A stretch of 64,000 nt of DNA, from the NCBI GenBank assembly GCA_977862235.1, contig OZ374557.1:2294001-2358000 (forward strand), in the 5' to 3' direction. A model generated the notes under the pieces. That model saw nothing but the letters and a program-made list of their open reading frames with translations, did not search any database and was not told where the DNA came from. Both the position numbers and the translations under genes were made by a program. Positions within the stretch are counted from its first letter, which is position 1, and every line of letters starts with the position of its first letter. Below are positions 12,603 through 25,498 of this stretch, piece by piece. Origin of the DNA: Dudresnaya verticillata (lineage: Eukaryota).

Positions 12603-14940
12603 TCATCGACAGTAAACGCGCGGCAGGAACAGGGGCGGGCCGCAAGAGTCCCGCCACTGCAACGGCTGGAGTGATTGCGAAAGGCCCGCAGGCGTAAAGG
12701 GTGTCTCATCAACCGCCTTCGGCGTCGTCGTGAGAATATCCGCCTCAGGCGATGAAGCAACAACACCCGCCATAGGTGCAGAGCTCAACTCCTCCTTCGA
12801 CCCAGCACCATCCGCTCTAGGTGCAGTGACCGACTCATTAACCGCCTTTGGCGTAAGTTCAGAAACCCCCTCGATCGGCGTCGTATCTTCACTCGCATTC
12901 GGCGTTATTGACTCTACGATCGTCACCGACGCATGAGCATCTGGCTCCTTTTGAACCGTCGACGACGTTATAGTAGCATTCGCTTCGCTCGCCGCAGGCG
13001 GTACAGTAATAATCACGTCTTTAGACGCTGGAGCATTCGCCTTAGGCAATAACGGCCTTCCTGCCACACCGTCGTTCGACACGGCGCCTATTAGAACAGT
13101 CGATTTCGGCGCGGGCCCACCCTGAGGTGGAACTGCAGCCGACAAGGATTGGCTCAATCACTCTATGGGCGAGCCGCTCAAACCGCTAGTAGCGACACTG
13201 GCGCCCTGCAACAATGCGAAAACTGTACGCCGCTGCTCTTCGGTCCAGACCGGCACACCGGGAGCCTTCCCTGAACCATCTACGACTCTCGGTGCTCCGC
13301 CTTCTGTAATCGCAGGCGGAGTGGCTCTGACACTGTCATAGACATTATGATGTCACCCTCGTCGTCCGCAACGGGCGCCGCAAGGTCCAAGGGCGCAACA
13401 GCGGTTACCCCGGTTGGCATAGCACCCGCCGCATGAGGCCCCGTGGACAACTTCGTGGACGGAACATCAGCTTCGTCAGCAGACCCAACCGCCATAGGCG
13501 TAGCGATAATCGTCCCAGACGAGTTCCCCGGTCCGCTGTTGGCGTGAAGAGCATCCTACGCGGCCATTAAGGCGCTCAAGTGAGGAGGAAAGGCACCGAC
13601 AAAGTCGCAGGTCCTATGCAAACCGCGCGGGTGATTACCCGGCGTGAAGCGATCGGTCTTGCAGTGGCGTTCCGCAATGTTCTTCGTCGTACGACGCTTT
13701 GTCCAAGGTTTATACCAAATCCAATCGCCACAGGCGGAATTAGTACGACTCATCGCGTAACGCGGACGATTCGCCTTACGGCGGATGTTGGCTAACGGCA
13801 CGGCAACCGGGGTGTTCCAATCGATCTCATCCGCAACAGCGCGAAGATCCCAGAACTCCTCGGAGTTCCTGGAACCACCAAACATTTCGACTAAGTCGAG
13901 GTCACCAAGATGGGCGACCACACGCGGTGGTAGATGATACATACGGAAGATGTCATACACCTCCCATAACCAAGCACCCGCCACGTTGGCGACCCACTTG
14001 GTTTAGAACACGATCCAATATCTAGAATACGGGTCGGTCATCATCTCGGAACCAAGATACGTGACACACGGGGGAGCGCTGCTGCGAAACCTTCGCATAT
14101 ATCGACCTCACGCCATATAGGCGGCATCTTCACAAAACAGTGAGGTAACTTACTACGCGCAATGCGGTCAACCTGCGTGTCCTAGTAAGGTACGAATACG
14201 CCCTTTTGGCGACGCGTTTTGCACTCCCAACGGATACAACGCTCCCAAAAGAACGTACCTGTCCGATGCAGATAACGAAAATCCGCTTTGAAGCGTACAC
14301 CTAAGAGGTAAGCCTCTTCCGAAACGCGAGGCTCGATTGACAGCCTCACCTGCTTCAGCGATAACCTCCCAAGACGAGCACCGTATTAGGGCTCGCCGAT
14401 TGTCCGGTATTGCCTCGCGTCAAAGTTGAAGATGGTCGGCGTTAATGTCGACCCGGGTTAACCCGTGAAGCGCCGATAGAAGTATGAGACGAACGGAGCG
14501 TGGACATCCGCACTTGATCGTTCCGCTCGCACCCAAAGCCATTTCGTAGGAACGCCACAGCGCAATTTCCACTCTAGCATCCAGAAGACGCCAAGGGGAA
14601 GGCCCCTGGCAAACATCCGCTAGTAGCGTAATGAGCTACCAATGCTTCTTCGCGCAAAGCCTCCAGTCGAACCACGGGGCCCGCGCGAAGAAATGCGCGT
14701 GATCGCGAGGATTCTTCCCGACAAAGTCGACAGGCGACGCGTAAACCGGCGCGGCCGAGGGCGCCGCCACCCGCATGCCATTGAATGTCGGCATAACGTC
14801 GACGACGAAAATATGTTTACGCCGCTGGAGATGAGTACACAAACGTCAAAGACGACTAATTTCCTGCGCCAACCGGCGAAAGCTTCACGACGCGCGCGTC
14901 GAAGACGATTACTGTTCAAGGCCATAGGCGATACAAACAA
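12603..14940 (-). pseudogene. Antisense accessory ORF of E1 (divergent, degraded)
   Basis: Manual translation of ~14150-13900 gives MPPIWREVDICEGFAAALPPCVTYLGSEMMT...YWIVF*TKWVANVAGAWL...RMYHLP. This aligns with the E3 core APSWWESYEVTRWLSVSMPSVVAYFSADLLT...LWHIFRSERAMLVLFSWL...RMYLLP and is followed by P/A/T-rich pieces. Outer limits are approximate. Confidence 0.7.
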
Positions 14941-15347
14941 CCCTGCGCCACTGGAGAAAGTCTCACAAAACGTATGTCAATGACGTTCGGTTGAAATGCC
15001 CCAGGCGAGGAAAAGAAATCCGCGTCAACGACGTTCAGTAGCGACGCCACAGACGATACACAAAGAGGGCAACGTCGCTGACGATTGGTTCGCAACGCCA
15101 GCAGGCGAGGGAGTCTGAACGGCGTTAACGACGTGGATCGTAATGCGTCACAGGCGATGATGTAGGGGCAGCGCAGGTGCAATAGCACGGGCAACGCGCG
15201 AAACAAGAGCGGAGTTCTTACGGCACAGCCGAGGTCGCAACACACACGCGGGCGCACCAATACAAGATGCAAAGGTGCAACAGCAGGCAAGGACGAAGCG
15301 GGAGTGCGCACGGCCGCAGATTGAGGGTCGGAAGGGTTCGCATTTTT

Positions 15348-15357
15348 GAGGGGGTCG
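15348..15357 (+). promoter_or_regulatory. E1 polypurine tract
   Basis: GAGGGGGTCG immediately before the 3' LTR TG. Confidence 0.8.
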
Positions 15358-16227
15358 TGTGGTGCAAGGGGGGTGAGCCCCTTTTTCCGCTCGGAGCGTG
15401 CCATTAGACGTCTACCGACGGGCAATCGTAACCGCAGCTGGCGCGCACGAACACGTCACGGACGGTCGGCTCAACGGCGCACGGACGCAACCGCCGACGG
15501 GTATCGCGGCTCACGCACTGTACGCCCGCGCGGCACGCATCCGGATCGCCCATCGGGATCCGGGAGGTGTAAGGAGTGTACTTGTAATGATGGCCCATAT
15601 CCGGATGGGATCTGGATCGGGCATCGGGATCAGATCGGGATCCGCTACAATGTAAGGCGTGCGCCGGTAAGGCATACCCGCGCGCCAGGAATGCTGGGAG
15701 GGCTCGGGATCCGAATCCGGATCACCTCTACCAACGGGCGCGCACGCCTGTAAGCTATTCCTTACCCGCCGGTGCGCGGCTGCGTGGCGACGACGACTTG
15801 TCAGATGCACCGGGGCGCGACGCGCGTCCCGAGTTCCCGCGCGCCACGCCGCGCCGCCGCAGCCCGCGTCGTAGCGATAGTATATTACGTAACCCGTCTG
15901 AGACGTTGAGTAAATCCCGACAAGCCGGCCTCGGACCTGAAGCCCCTTCGCTATTGTGTACTTCCCGTTAACACCGAAGGAAACTGCGCAGCTCCGCCCG
16001 CGCTTCCGCGTCCGTCTACGTCCTCGACGCGCCTCCCTCGTTCTATCTCATTTCTCCCTCTCCCCCTCTCTCCTTTCTTTGACTTTGTTCCACTTCTACC
16101 GCTCAGGGCGTTTACAGTCTGCCCTCGTCGTGTTACCTACGCTCTTCCACATTATTGCTACTAGCGCGCTACCCCCGGGTCCGAACTACTCGGAGGTGCT
16201 ACTCGTCGCTAGACGGTTTGCACCACA
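15358..16227 (+). repeat. E1 3' LTR
   Basis: TGTGGTGCAA...TTGCACCACA; direct repeat of 3668-4541. Confidence 0.95.
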
Positions 16228-16232
16228 AGACG

Positions 16233-16616
16233 CATCTCTACACGACACGCCTCCCGGGTTCCCGCGCACTACGTCATGCAGCCACCGCACCGCGGCCCCA
16301 TAGCATTATTTAGATACTTCGTCTAGGACGTAGCAGTAAGCTTCCGGCAAGCCAGTTTGGATCTGGACTTCCCCTTTCGCGTCGCGCGCACGCAACCCCT
16401 ACCCGAAGGCCTAAGTGTCCGTCTACCCGCGCTTCCGCGTCCGCTACCGTTCTGGACGTGTTTCGGTTTGGGGTTTCTTCCCTTTTCTACTTGCGTTTTG
16501 GGCGTCTACAGTCCGCTCCTGGTGTATCATTGCTCTACCACTATCCGTCCCCGACGCGCTACCCGCGGAGCGCAACTACTCGGATGTGTCTACGTCAACC
16601 GACGATTTGCACGACC
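16233..16616 (+). repeat. Right part of LTR-X
   Basis: Colinear similarity to the 3' half of the E1-type LTRs (GGCAAGCCAG, pyrimidine tract, AACTACTCGGA, TTTGCAC end). Confidence 0.65.
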
Positions 16617-16689
16617 GAGACGGCACAGTAAACTCGGCTAGGCCCGATCGGGACTTGAATGCCCATCTCCGCTTGCGCGTACCACCTAC

Positions 16690-16839
16690 CGCAGTCTAAG
16701 GCTTATGCGTCAGTGCCTTTGTGCTTCCACGTTTCCTACCGTCTCCATAACGTGTTTCCTTTGGCTGTTGGGCCTGTTTCTTCCTTTATCTTTTCCTTCA
16801 CCCGATTTACCCCGGGTCGATTACAGTCCGCCCTGTGGT
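16690..16839 (+). repeat. Fragment of another LTR into which E3 inserted
   Basis: Pyrimidine tract followed by TTACAGTCCGCCC, as in the U5-like part of the other LTRs. Cut off at the E3 terminus. Confidence 0.5.
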
Positions 16840-18174
16840 TGTGGTGTAGTGAAAACCCACGAACGCCGTAACAGAAAGCTGGCCTGACTTTCCTACACGG
16901 GACGAGAGCGACACTACCTCCACGGGGTGGTAGAGCAGTTCACACCGAGACGGGAGAACAGCGAGTGGCTAACCGAAACGGATATTGGGAAGCAACAGAC
17001 AAGAGGGTGGTACAAGTGCCCGGACGGACTCCCTAACGGTGGTGTTGGTAGACCGCAACGGGCTCGGCGCGCGGAAAACCGTAAAGGAAAGGGCTACAGT
17101 GGGATTGGGGTTCAAGGGTTGCTTGCCCATTTACCCTAGTGTGGCATAGCTGTAAGACCAGCTGTGCCACGCACGCGCAGCTGTAAGACCAGCTGCGCCA
17201 CGTGTACACTGCTGTGCGCACGCTGTCAGCCGGTGGCGCCGAAGCCCCGCTGAACTGTAAGGAAGTGCGCAGTGGCGCCCGCGTGTGCACGCGTACGCGT
17301 GTGAAACTGAAACTCCCATATAATTTATACGTTTATTGTTTTGTAGTGTACAGCACCGTCTAGTGTAAGCGGCGGTCGAACGCCCTGCTGTCCTGCACTA
17401 GTAGTCGCCCCTCTGGGCTTCAGTAAACCAGGCAAGCCAGCCTACGCCAGGCTTGCCCTTTCTGCTTTGGGGTTCTTTTCCAGTCCTTCGCCCTACGGCT
17501 TCCCTCTTTCCCTAGCCGCCTAGGCTTTCCTTTTTCTTTCCCTACCGTCGGCTTCGTACCGCCCCACGACGGGGAAGCAGGGATCCGGCCGCTGCCGCCC
17601 GCGTACGGTACGCCCTGTGCGCGCTCAGGCTTCGACGCCGTTGATCCACGACCGTCCACGGCGCGCGCGGCCGACACCGCCGCTCTACCACCACAGCTAC
17701 CACCCTTCAAAGGGTCTGGGTGCGACTGATCGACTAGCGCAGCTAGACGTCAGTGCGACCTGACGTCTATGCCACACCTAGGATCCGCCGCGGTGCCGCC
17801 CTGGTATACAAGTCAGGGTGGCACCGAGCGGTCCGGTCCGTGGGGGCCAGACCCTAGTGGTTCGGTTCTATGGTGAAATCGGCCCTGCTGGTCCAATCTC
17901 TGGAACGGACATGCGCAGAATTCTCATTGGCTGGCGCACTACTCTACAAACTGTACAGATACTCACTAAAAATATATAATAAATACACAAATACTCCGCT
18001 ACGGTTGGTGCGCTCCACCTACAGTACAGCGATGCATACTAGTGCACATTAATGCGCACAAAACTGACACGGTTGCAAGTTGCCAGATTATCATCGTGGC
18101 GTATTGCCACATCATCCATTACGGTTGGCCCGCCGTCGGTGCGCCGCATGAGCGCCACGGCTCACTTCACCACA
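16840..18174 (-). repeat. E3 3' LTR (~690 bp net, interrupted by a solo LTR)
   Basis: TGTGGTG...CACCACA ends. 16840-17139 plus 17782-17838 are ~90% identical to 49009-49363, and the remainder resembles 49716-50039. Confidence 0.85.
17140..17776 (+). mobile_element. Solo LTR (637 bp)
   Basis: Terminal inverted repeats TGTGGCATAG...CTATGCCACA and TSD CCTAG (17135-17139 and 17777-17781). The homologous empty site is visible at ~49303-49307. Strand inferred from the pyrimidine tract. Confidence 0.9.
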
Positions 18175-18407
18175 GATCCCCCTCCTTAAACGGCGCCACG
18201 TCCTCCGGCGCCCACCGTCACGGATTGCCATCGCTTCCGCGCCCACACATTCAACCGATACGGCTAACGCTCTCAACTTTCCCTTCTCCTGCGTGCGCCT
18301 TCTTCCAATATTACAGGGGAGAAAAGCAAGCGCTCCCCCTCCCCTTTCAACTAACATGTCGTACCCGTGCGAGCACGGCGACGAGAGCGCCGGGCGCGCC
18401 TACCTTC

Positions 18408-21186
18408 ATGGATGCTTCTATGCAAGCACATGCCTCTTCCTCGGCGGCTGCGGCACGACCCACGACGCGTGGTCGTGCGGACGTCACCGCATCGGAAGCC
18501 GTGCAGGTACCATCAGCGGGCCGCGGCTGGTCCGTCTACAATCCGAATCGGTTTGCTGCTCACACAGCCACAGCGACCGCACGGGCAGGGAATGCAGTGA
18601 CCCGCCATGACGAAGAAACGTCGACCAAGCATGATGATGAGGAGGTCCGACGTGGTGGTGAGGCGCTCAAATTGGCGGACCCTCCATCAATTCCGTTAAG
18701 ATCGCCTTCGACACCGATATCAACGCCGGTGCGGAGTATGAGGGCGAGCCCGCATCCTGCTGTCAACACTCCGAGACGGACGCGTGTGCCAGCGCGAAGC
18801 ACTATGCCGGCCGCAAGCCCTTGGATGTCGATAGGGCGTGCCTGTAGCGGTGAGGGCCCTGCCCCAAGTGGATACTGGCCAGGCCACCATTTCTATCACC
18901 GTTCTGGGCGCCCGGCGAGATCCGATGCGGAACGGGGGAAGGTGACACCGCCGATGACAGTGTTGTACTTCATCGAGGGTTATCCATCCGTTTTGGAAGC
19001 GCGACGATACCAAGCCGCTTCGGAGCAGCCATTCAAGGCAAACCAGCGAATTGGTTTCGTTCCCAACCGGCGGGCGTTTGTGTGGCAACGCCTATGGGTC
19101 CATAGCTACTGCCAAGAGCGCACCACTATTGTTTCGGATTCGTTTTGGTACCGTTGCCACGGAGAAGTTGGGTATACCGCGAAGGTGAGCCGCTTGTTGA
19201 CCAAGGCGTTCCGTCTACGGGGTGCGCCGATCGGGGTGCAGTTCATCTGCTTCGACCCACCGTATGACCAAATGGTGTGTTCGTTCTACTATGCCGACGG
19301 GTGGAAAGACGAGGCGGCAACGGAACACCGATTTCGGACGCGCTACCGAGACGGAATGCATGTGGGCGCATCCATATTGCACACGTGGAATACCAAGCAG
19401 TTCTTCCACCTTCCGTATCGGATGCCACGTGAGCTCTACCTCACAGCTCCGTCGTGGTGGGAGAGCTATGAGGTAACCCGTTGGCTATCCGTGTCCATGC
19501 CTTCTGTGGTGGCGTACTTCTCCGCGGACCTGCTCACTGAGCGGGAGTCGAATCACGAACATCCGAACGGAGAGCGTCCCCTGAACCAAGATAAGCTCGA
19601 AGTACTTTGGCACATCTTCCGATCGGAGCGGGCAATGCTGGTGCTATTTTCGTGGCTCCAGGTTGCCTACTACGGAGTTCGGTACAATACCAAGTTATCC
19701 GACTGGCGGAGCTTCCCGCGTGACGAAGATGACCTACCCGGAGGAGACTGTAGCCGTATGTATCTACTACCCGTGACGTTAATCGCCCTAATTCGCCCAG
19801 TTGGCGTAGCCTATTTGGTGACGGGTCGGTGTATCCCCTCCATCGGGTTGAGCGTCTTTTATCCGTATACGGAGAGCGGGATTGGCAACGCACTCCGGGC
19901 TTCTTGGGGTATAATTGGGATGAGGACCGTGTCTTATTGGTGCCCCCGCATAGGCCCGGAGTGGGCGAGCCATATTTCCTTCATCGGGAAGATCCTCGTC
20001 CGGAATGGTTGGCCTTAGAGGTGCAAGCCCATCCGGGTTATGCGCCTCGCCAAGCATCAACGGAGGCGTACCGTGACGGTTTGGAAGGGGCCGAAGATTA
20101 GGGGAGTTGTCAGGAGACAGAGGGACGTTCGCGTGCAATCGACCGGCGCAATTCCGTCAGGGTGAGGCAGCACGAAGCTGGGCCCTTCTTGGAGTAGCAG
20201 GAGGAAGTCAGGCCCGTCGCACCTGTGGCAGTGGATATTGAGAAAGTAGCCGCTCCAGTCCTCCCAGTGTTCGCTACACCCACGTCGGGCGATATGGGTT
20301 TTGAGACTACTACCCCGTATCGGATAAGGCCCCGACGCCCATAGACGTGGTTGCGCCTGCTGTGGCGGTGCCCAAGCCCGCGGTACCATCCAACAAGGGG
20401 GTTTGGAAGGAGAAGAACGTGTCGGAAGCAGCGCCAGGTACTGTACCAGCGGCATTGTCTCCGGCGAAGCGAATACCTGCAGCCGCCGAACCGTTCCCGA
20501 CAAGTGCTCCGCTGCCGGCACTCACTCCGACACCAGTGGTGAGTGAGGAACCGAGCACCGTACCGGAAGGGGCTCCAAAACGCCCAAGTGCCGAAGAAAT
20601 TGGCGACAAGCCTTTGGCTCCCTTGTTGATTCAGGAACCGTTACGGAAAAGCGATATCGCCTCTCCAGAAAAGGATACGAATCCACCGCCGCGGAAGGAA
20701 ATACCTTCATCCAAGTCGGGACCATCCACAATGGTGGTTTCCTCAACGGAGCATTCAATCGAAGCAGGGCTTAGGGATAAGCCGTCCATATCCTCGAAGT
20801 TATAGCTTCAAGAAAATGAGGATCCGGCCGTCACGGTTCCGGGTCACTTAGCCGCTACGGAAAGCGGGTTACAGGTGCTACGGGGTATTTGCCGTTCTCG
20901 TACACAGCGCTTCCCATTGCCAGGATCCGTTCAGGAGGGGTCAACTTTAGCAGAGGGACTGATGGAGAAGGTGATTCATCTCCGCGCAGTGGTCCGTCGT
21001 CAGCGTCGGCGTATGGATAATGCGATGCGCACCTTGGGCGACAATACGCAGCGTACATTCCAATCGGATCCGGCTGGAGAACCCGACTTACGAACTGGGC
21101 AGGGGGCAACGAGGAAGATAGAGTTGTCCCCGCTCCGAAGCGGTGTCTCCGTGACTCTTAAAGTTGCAGTTCGACGATCTCCTTAA
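18408..21186 (+). pseudogene. Antisense accessory ORF of E3 (long open core, later frameshifts and a stop)
   Basis: ORF 18042-20018 (first ATG outside the LTR at 18408) plus 19829-20101, 20347-20805 and 20875-21186. Homologous to the E0 and E5 antisense ORFs. Confidence 0.85.
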
Positions 21187-21261
21187 CGGTTTCATTTATA
21201 CCCCGACCTTACCTTGTGATAACCATTGTGCGTACCCATCCACTAGCACTCCAGCTGTCCG

Positions 21262-24200
21262 TTACGGTGAGCGACGTGTTGGATTGGCACGTCGCCGTAG
21301 TTTACCTTTAACGGAGGTCTTTTTGTGTTTCCAATACCGGTAGATGAAATTTTGCGGCAATTCCTCAGCGGGCTCAAAAGTGTCCTGATCCGGAGGGTAA
21401 CCATACCAGCGGACTTTATATGTCATCCCAGTGGGTTCGTCGCGGTGACCGACAGTCTTTTCGATCACATATTCCGTATCGGCTTGCAATGGTTCCGTCG
21501 CGGAGGGCGTAATACCTTCTGAAGGAGGTAATGCAGTAGTACCTCCTGGAGGTGGTCATACTTCTCCATCGACGGTTGAGGGTGTGACAGGCGGAACCGC
21601 TACAGGTGTCGGTTGAACAGCGACTCCGATCGGAACTTTCGTAATACGATCGATACTGACGGCGATTAATACCCCTTCCTTGCGGATTTTAACCACATGT
21701 TCCGTTTTGGATTCCACTTCCTAAGGCCCCGTGGCCCTCGGAAGGAGTTCCTTCATTTCCTGAGCCACCTCACCCACGTCATCCGGTTTGCCTTCCAATC
21801 GGTTCCGTTCACGGCGTTCTGCAGGCCGCAAGTTATGAGGCGGCCGGTCGAGATATACTTGATCTACACTACGGATTGGGGGCCTAAAGCGCACCTTACG
21901 GTCAAACAGTTCCTTGGCCTTTTGCTGAGCCACTGTCTCCTTCGTGCGTGCTGTCTGGAGCGCATACCGTAAACGGCGCATGGTGCCTCGCTTCTGTAGC
22001 ACCGGGGTCATATGCCCTTCCGTAACGGTTTCTTGATGCTCGACAGGAGCCCCCGGTACAACAATGTCCGATGGGTGGCGTGTCAGCACCAAATGAAATG
22101 GTGTTATTTCCTTGATACGGTGTACCTGCATATTGTACGCATACGTCAACGGTTGCAGGTACAAATCCCAATTGGAGTGATGATCCTCAACGTAATGGCG
22201 CAAACGTTGGGCGATTGTCTTATTAAATCGCTCAGCTTGCCCATTTGTCTGCGGATGGTAGGCAGCGGTGAGTAGGTGCCTGACTCCGAGTAAGGAACAA
22301 ACCGCATCAAAGAACTCTGCGGTCCGTTATCGGTTAGGACAAATTGGGGTGCGCCATATGCATACACCCAAAAGTCCAGAAAGGCGTTAGCCACCACAAC
22401 GGCTGTTGTTGTCCGTAACGGAATACCGCGCGTCAGCTTAGAAAACCGATCGGTTATTACCAAAACGTATATATAACCCCGTTTTGTCTTCTGAAGTGGC
22501 CCGAGGATGTCGATAGCGGCAAACTCCAAAGGTCCGCTAGCGGGGAAAGTTTCATAAACCTTTGATTCCGAAAGCGGCTTCCCTTCGTCTTGGCGCAGGA
22601 GCGACATGTCCGAACGGATTCAAATACATCGTTGGCCATATGAGGCCAGTAATAATCCTGTCGGAGTGTACAATACATCTTAATTCCGCCTGGGTGACCC
22701 GATGTCAGGGTGTAGTGGGATAAATACAATACCCGTCCACGGAGTTCGCTTGGCAGCACCTTCTGCAGAGCACCATCCAATTGGGACTTGGGTACCAAGA
22801 ATCCGTTACGGTCATAGTCAAATTGTGATCCAGGGGAGCCTAACGTATCGGCCTAGAGACGACAGAAAGAGTCGCGGGCTTGCGCTTCGAGGAAATCCTC
22901 CCTGATTATTGTCTCATCCTTAACGTCGGATTCTTGGATTACAGTAAACCGTGACGGTATTGTGTCGGGCTTGTCAGGGGAGGCGGATGCACTTCCACTA
23001 GCGGGCTCCACGGCGCATACTACGTCATTTACCGTAGCGGTTTCTTGTGATGTGGCCCAATCGGTTAAATAAACTCCATGCTCATATAATTCGTCGGCGG
23101 TGTTTTCGGCGACAAAGCAAGGTATCTCTTCATCCAAAGGTCTATCGTCACTGCCATCCGTTCGGAGTCGCGACATCCCATCGGCGAGTTGATGTTTAAT
23201 CCCTGGACGGTATTGCACATCCAATTCAAATTCCGATAGGCGGAGCCTCCACCTGGCCAGGCGGCCAGATGAGTCCGCGAGGTTAAGGATCCATCGCACG
23301 GCATCGTGATCCGTTCGGAGAATAAACTTGTCGCCGTAATGGTATGGTCGGAGTGTTAACATGCTCTAGACCACGGCTAAGCATTCCTTTTCGGTTGTAG
23401 TATAATTTTTCTCCGCCCCGGCGAGGTGCCGGCTCCAGTATCCAATAGGAAGGTGATCGCCATTCGGTTGTTCCTGGAAAAGGACACAGCCGACTTGATG
23501 GTCACATGCGTCAGTGTCCAACGTATATTTATATCGGTGACGGGGTAGATCCAATATAGGTGGAGAGATGAGGCATCTCTTAAGTTCCTCGAAGGCTTCG
23601 TATTCCGTCTCGGATAATATACCGACCTCAAAGAGTGAGTTCTTGCCGGTTTTCTTATTCAGCGGCGCTGGAATCCGAGCGAAGTTGGGTACAAAGCGAC
23701 GATACACGTTTCACATTCCCGAGACGGACCGTAATTCCGTTTGGTTAGTCGGCGGCTTCGCAACCTTAACGGATTGGATATTCCGATTATTCACTTCTAA
23801 TTTTCCGGGACGGATAACATGCCCCGGGTATTGTACAGACGCGTTGAAGAAGTCACACTTTGACAACTTCAAAGTTGCCCCATCTTACCTATCGTCAAAG
23901 CGTAAGGAAATACTTCAGGTGGTGGAAATGTTTCGTAACGGTTTTTGAGTATAAGATTACATAGTCTAAGTGGACGAGGGCAAATTGCTATTTAAGCGTA
24001 GAAAGGATTATATCCACTGCCCGTTGGAAGGTTGCCGGTGCATTCTTCAATCCGAATGGCATTCTCCGAAAACGGTATAAGCCAAAATGGCTAGTGAAGG
24101 TAGTTTTGTCCCTTTCCTCTTCCGGAATATCGACTTGCGAATATCCGCTATTGCAATCCAGAGTGGTAAATACAGTAGCTTCCCCTAGGGAATCTATGCA

Positions 24201-24920
24201 TTCATCCATCCTGGGCAAGGGGTATGAGGCCCTAACTGTTACGGAATTGAGCCTTCTATAGTCAACTCAGAACCGCATGGTGCCGTCCTTTTTTGGAACG
24301 AAAACCACGGGACTGACCCACTCCGATGAGGCTGGCTCACTTGCCTTAGCAGAAAGCATGCATTCAATCTCTGTCTTTTCGAGATCTCGTCGCTTATGTA
24401 TGGCACGGTATGGGGCTTTGGTATACTGGCTTAGCTCCGGGAGTTAACTCGATGCGGTGCTTGGAAGTTTTAATGTTGCCAAGATCGCCACTCCACATCG
24501 ACTTGTATTCCTCGAGTAGGGTTAAAATCCGTTTATAGAGCGATGCTTCTTCTGTAACGATCTGGACTTGATCCGTCCAGTCGGTAGTATTTGTAGTTTC
24601 CGTTAAGGGTTTGCTTACTTCATTGTCGTGCGGGGATATGCTGCTGGCCTTTTCCAAGGTAAGGTTTGAATTAAATGATTGAATATTTCCTCCCCTCCTT
24701 AAATAGAGGTATACCGTGAACGGTAAAAATGGCAGAAGGGTCAGCAGTAGCGAGGCCCACGAAGGTAGATTGGGGCAATCGTACCGGCTTGTTAGAAAAA
24801 TTAGAGACCCAGATCCGAAACGGTTTGTGAGGTACAACATCCATAATACCGTTAGCCATTAACGTAAGGTGGTTAAAAGCCGGCTTAGGATGATTTTCTA
24901 AAAAGCATAACCCACCCATA
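21262..24920 (-). pseudogene. pol: E3 pol (RT, RNase H, integrase, chromodomain)
   Basis: MPFGLKNAPATFQR, YLDD decayed to HLDY (~23965), DTDACD, EKECLAV, HPG...C..C, IDILGP, LTDNG, ATGP, and EYVIEK..GH..YKVRWYGY..DTFEP chromodomain. Confidence 0.93.
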
Positions 24921-25498
24921 ACACGCATTTGAGCGATTTCAGAATACGACTTTCGAAACAGACTGGAGTCGAATAGCTATTTTCTGGTAGCGTTAGAAAG
25001 GGGAGCGTCCCGTGAGTACGATGGTCAAATCCGATTGGCTAACGGACCATTCCTTCGAACATTATGGCGGTTTGCGTGAATTTACCCAAAATATTTCCAG
25101 GTATTCTGAATTTCAATGTCCTTGCGTCGATTTGGCCCGGGCGGCCCACTCCGCGGTCCGCACTGGGCCAAATTAGAAATTGCCGGCCCGCAGCATGCCC
25201 CTCGCCGCGCGCGCTGCATGCGCGCCACATCGCCCATCTGGCCCGCCCCGCGCGTGCTCGGCGCCGCCTGCAGACTACCCGTCACCAGTTTTCGGCTTTC
25301 TGGTGCAACGGGTGCACTGTGCTGTGCGCGTCTGTGCACGAATCCGCACGCGACCGCATACAGACTGCCTCGTCACCCGCCCCCCCGCCCCGCCCCGCGA
25401 CGCACAACTCCTTGGGCAAAATCTATTGTCGCGGTTGCCCACCCTCGTGTACACCGTGGATCCCGATTATCAACTAACCCCTTTACTGTTCTTGCTAC

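Larger units (their letters stand above)
3668..16227 (+). mobile_element. Element E1: full-length but decayed chromodomain-containing Ty3/Gypsy LTR retrotransposon
   Basis: Two ~870 bp LTRs (TGTGGT...CACCACA), 5-bp TSD AGACG (3663-3667 and 16228-16232), PBS, gag, PR-RT-RH-IN-chromodomain order and PPT. Confidence 0.95.
16840..24920 (-). mobile_element. Element E3: 3' half of a Ty3/Gypsy element (3' LTR, antisense ORF, pol broken between PR and RT)
   Basis: LTR 16840-18174, PPT TTTAAGGAGGGGGATC (18175-18190, minus), and chromodomain-IN-RH-RT on the minus strand. Homology stops at GGLCFLENHP (~24920). Confidence 0.9.

Noticed and set aside
17869..18174. A short 306-bp E3 LTR starting TATGGTGAA
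   Set aside because: Homology with the E4 and E5 LTRs continues leftwards to 16840.
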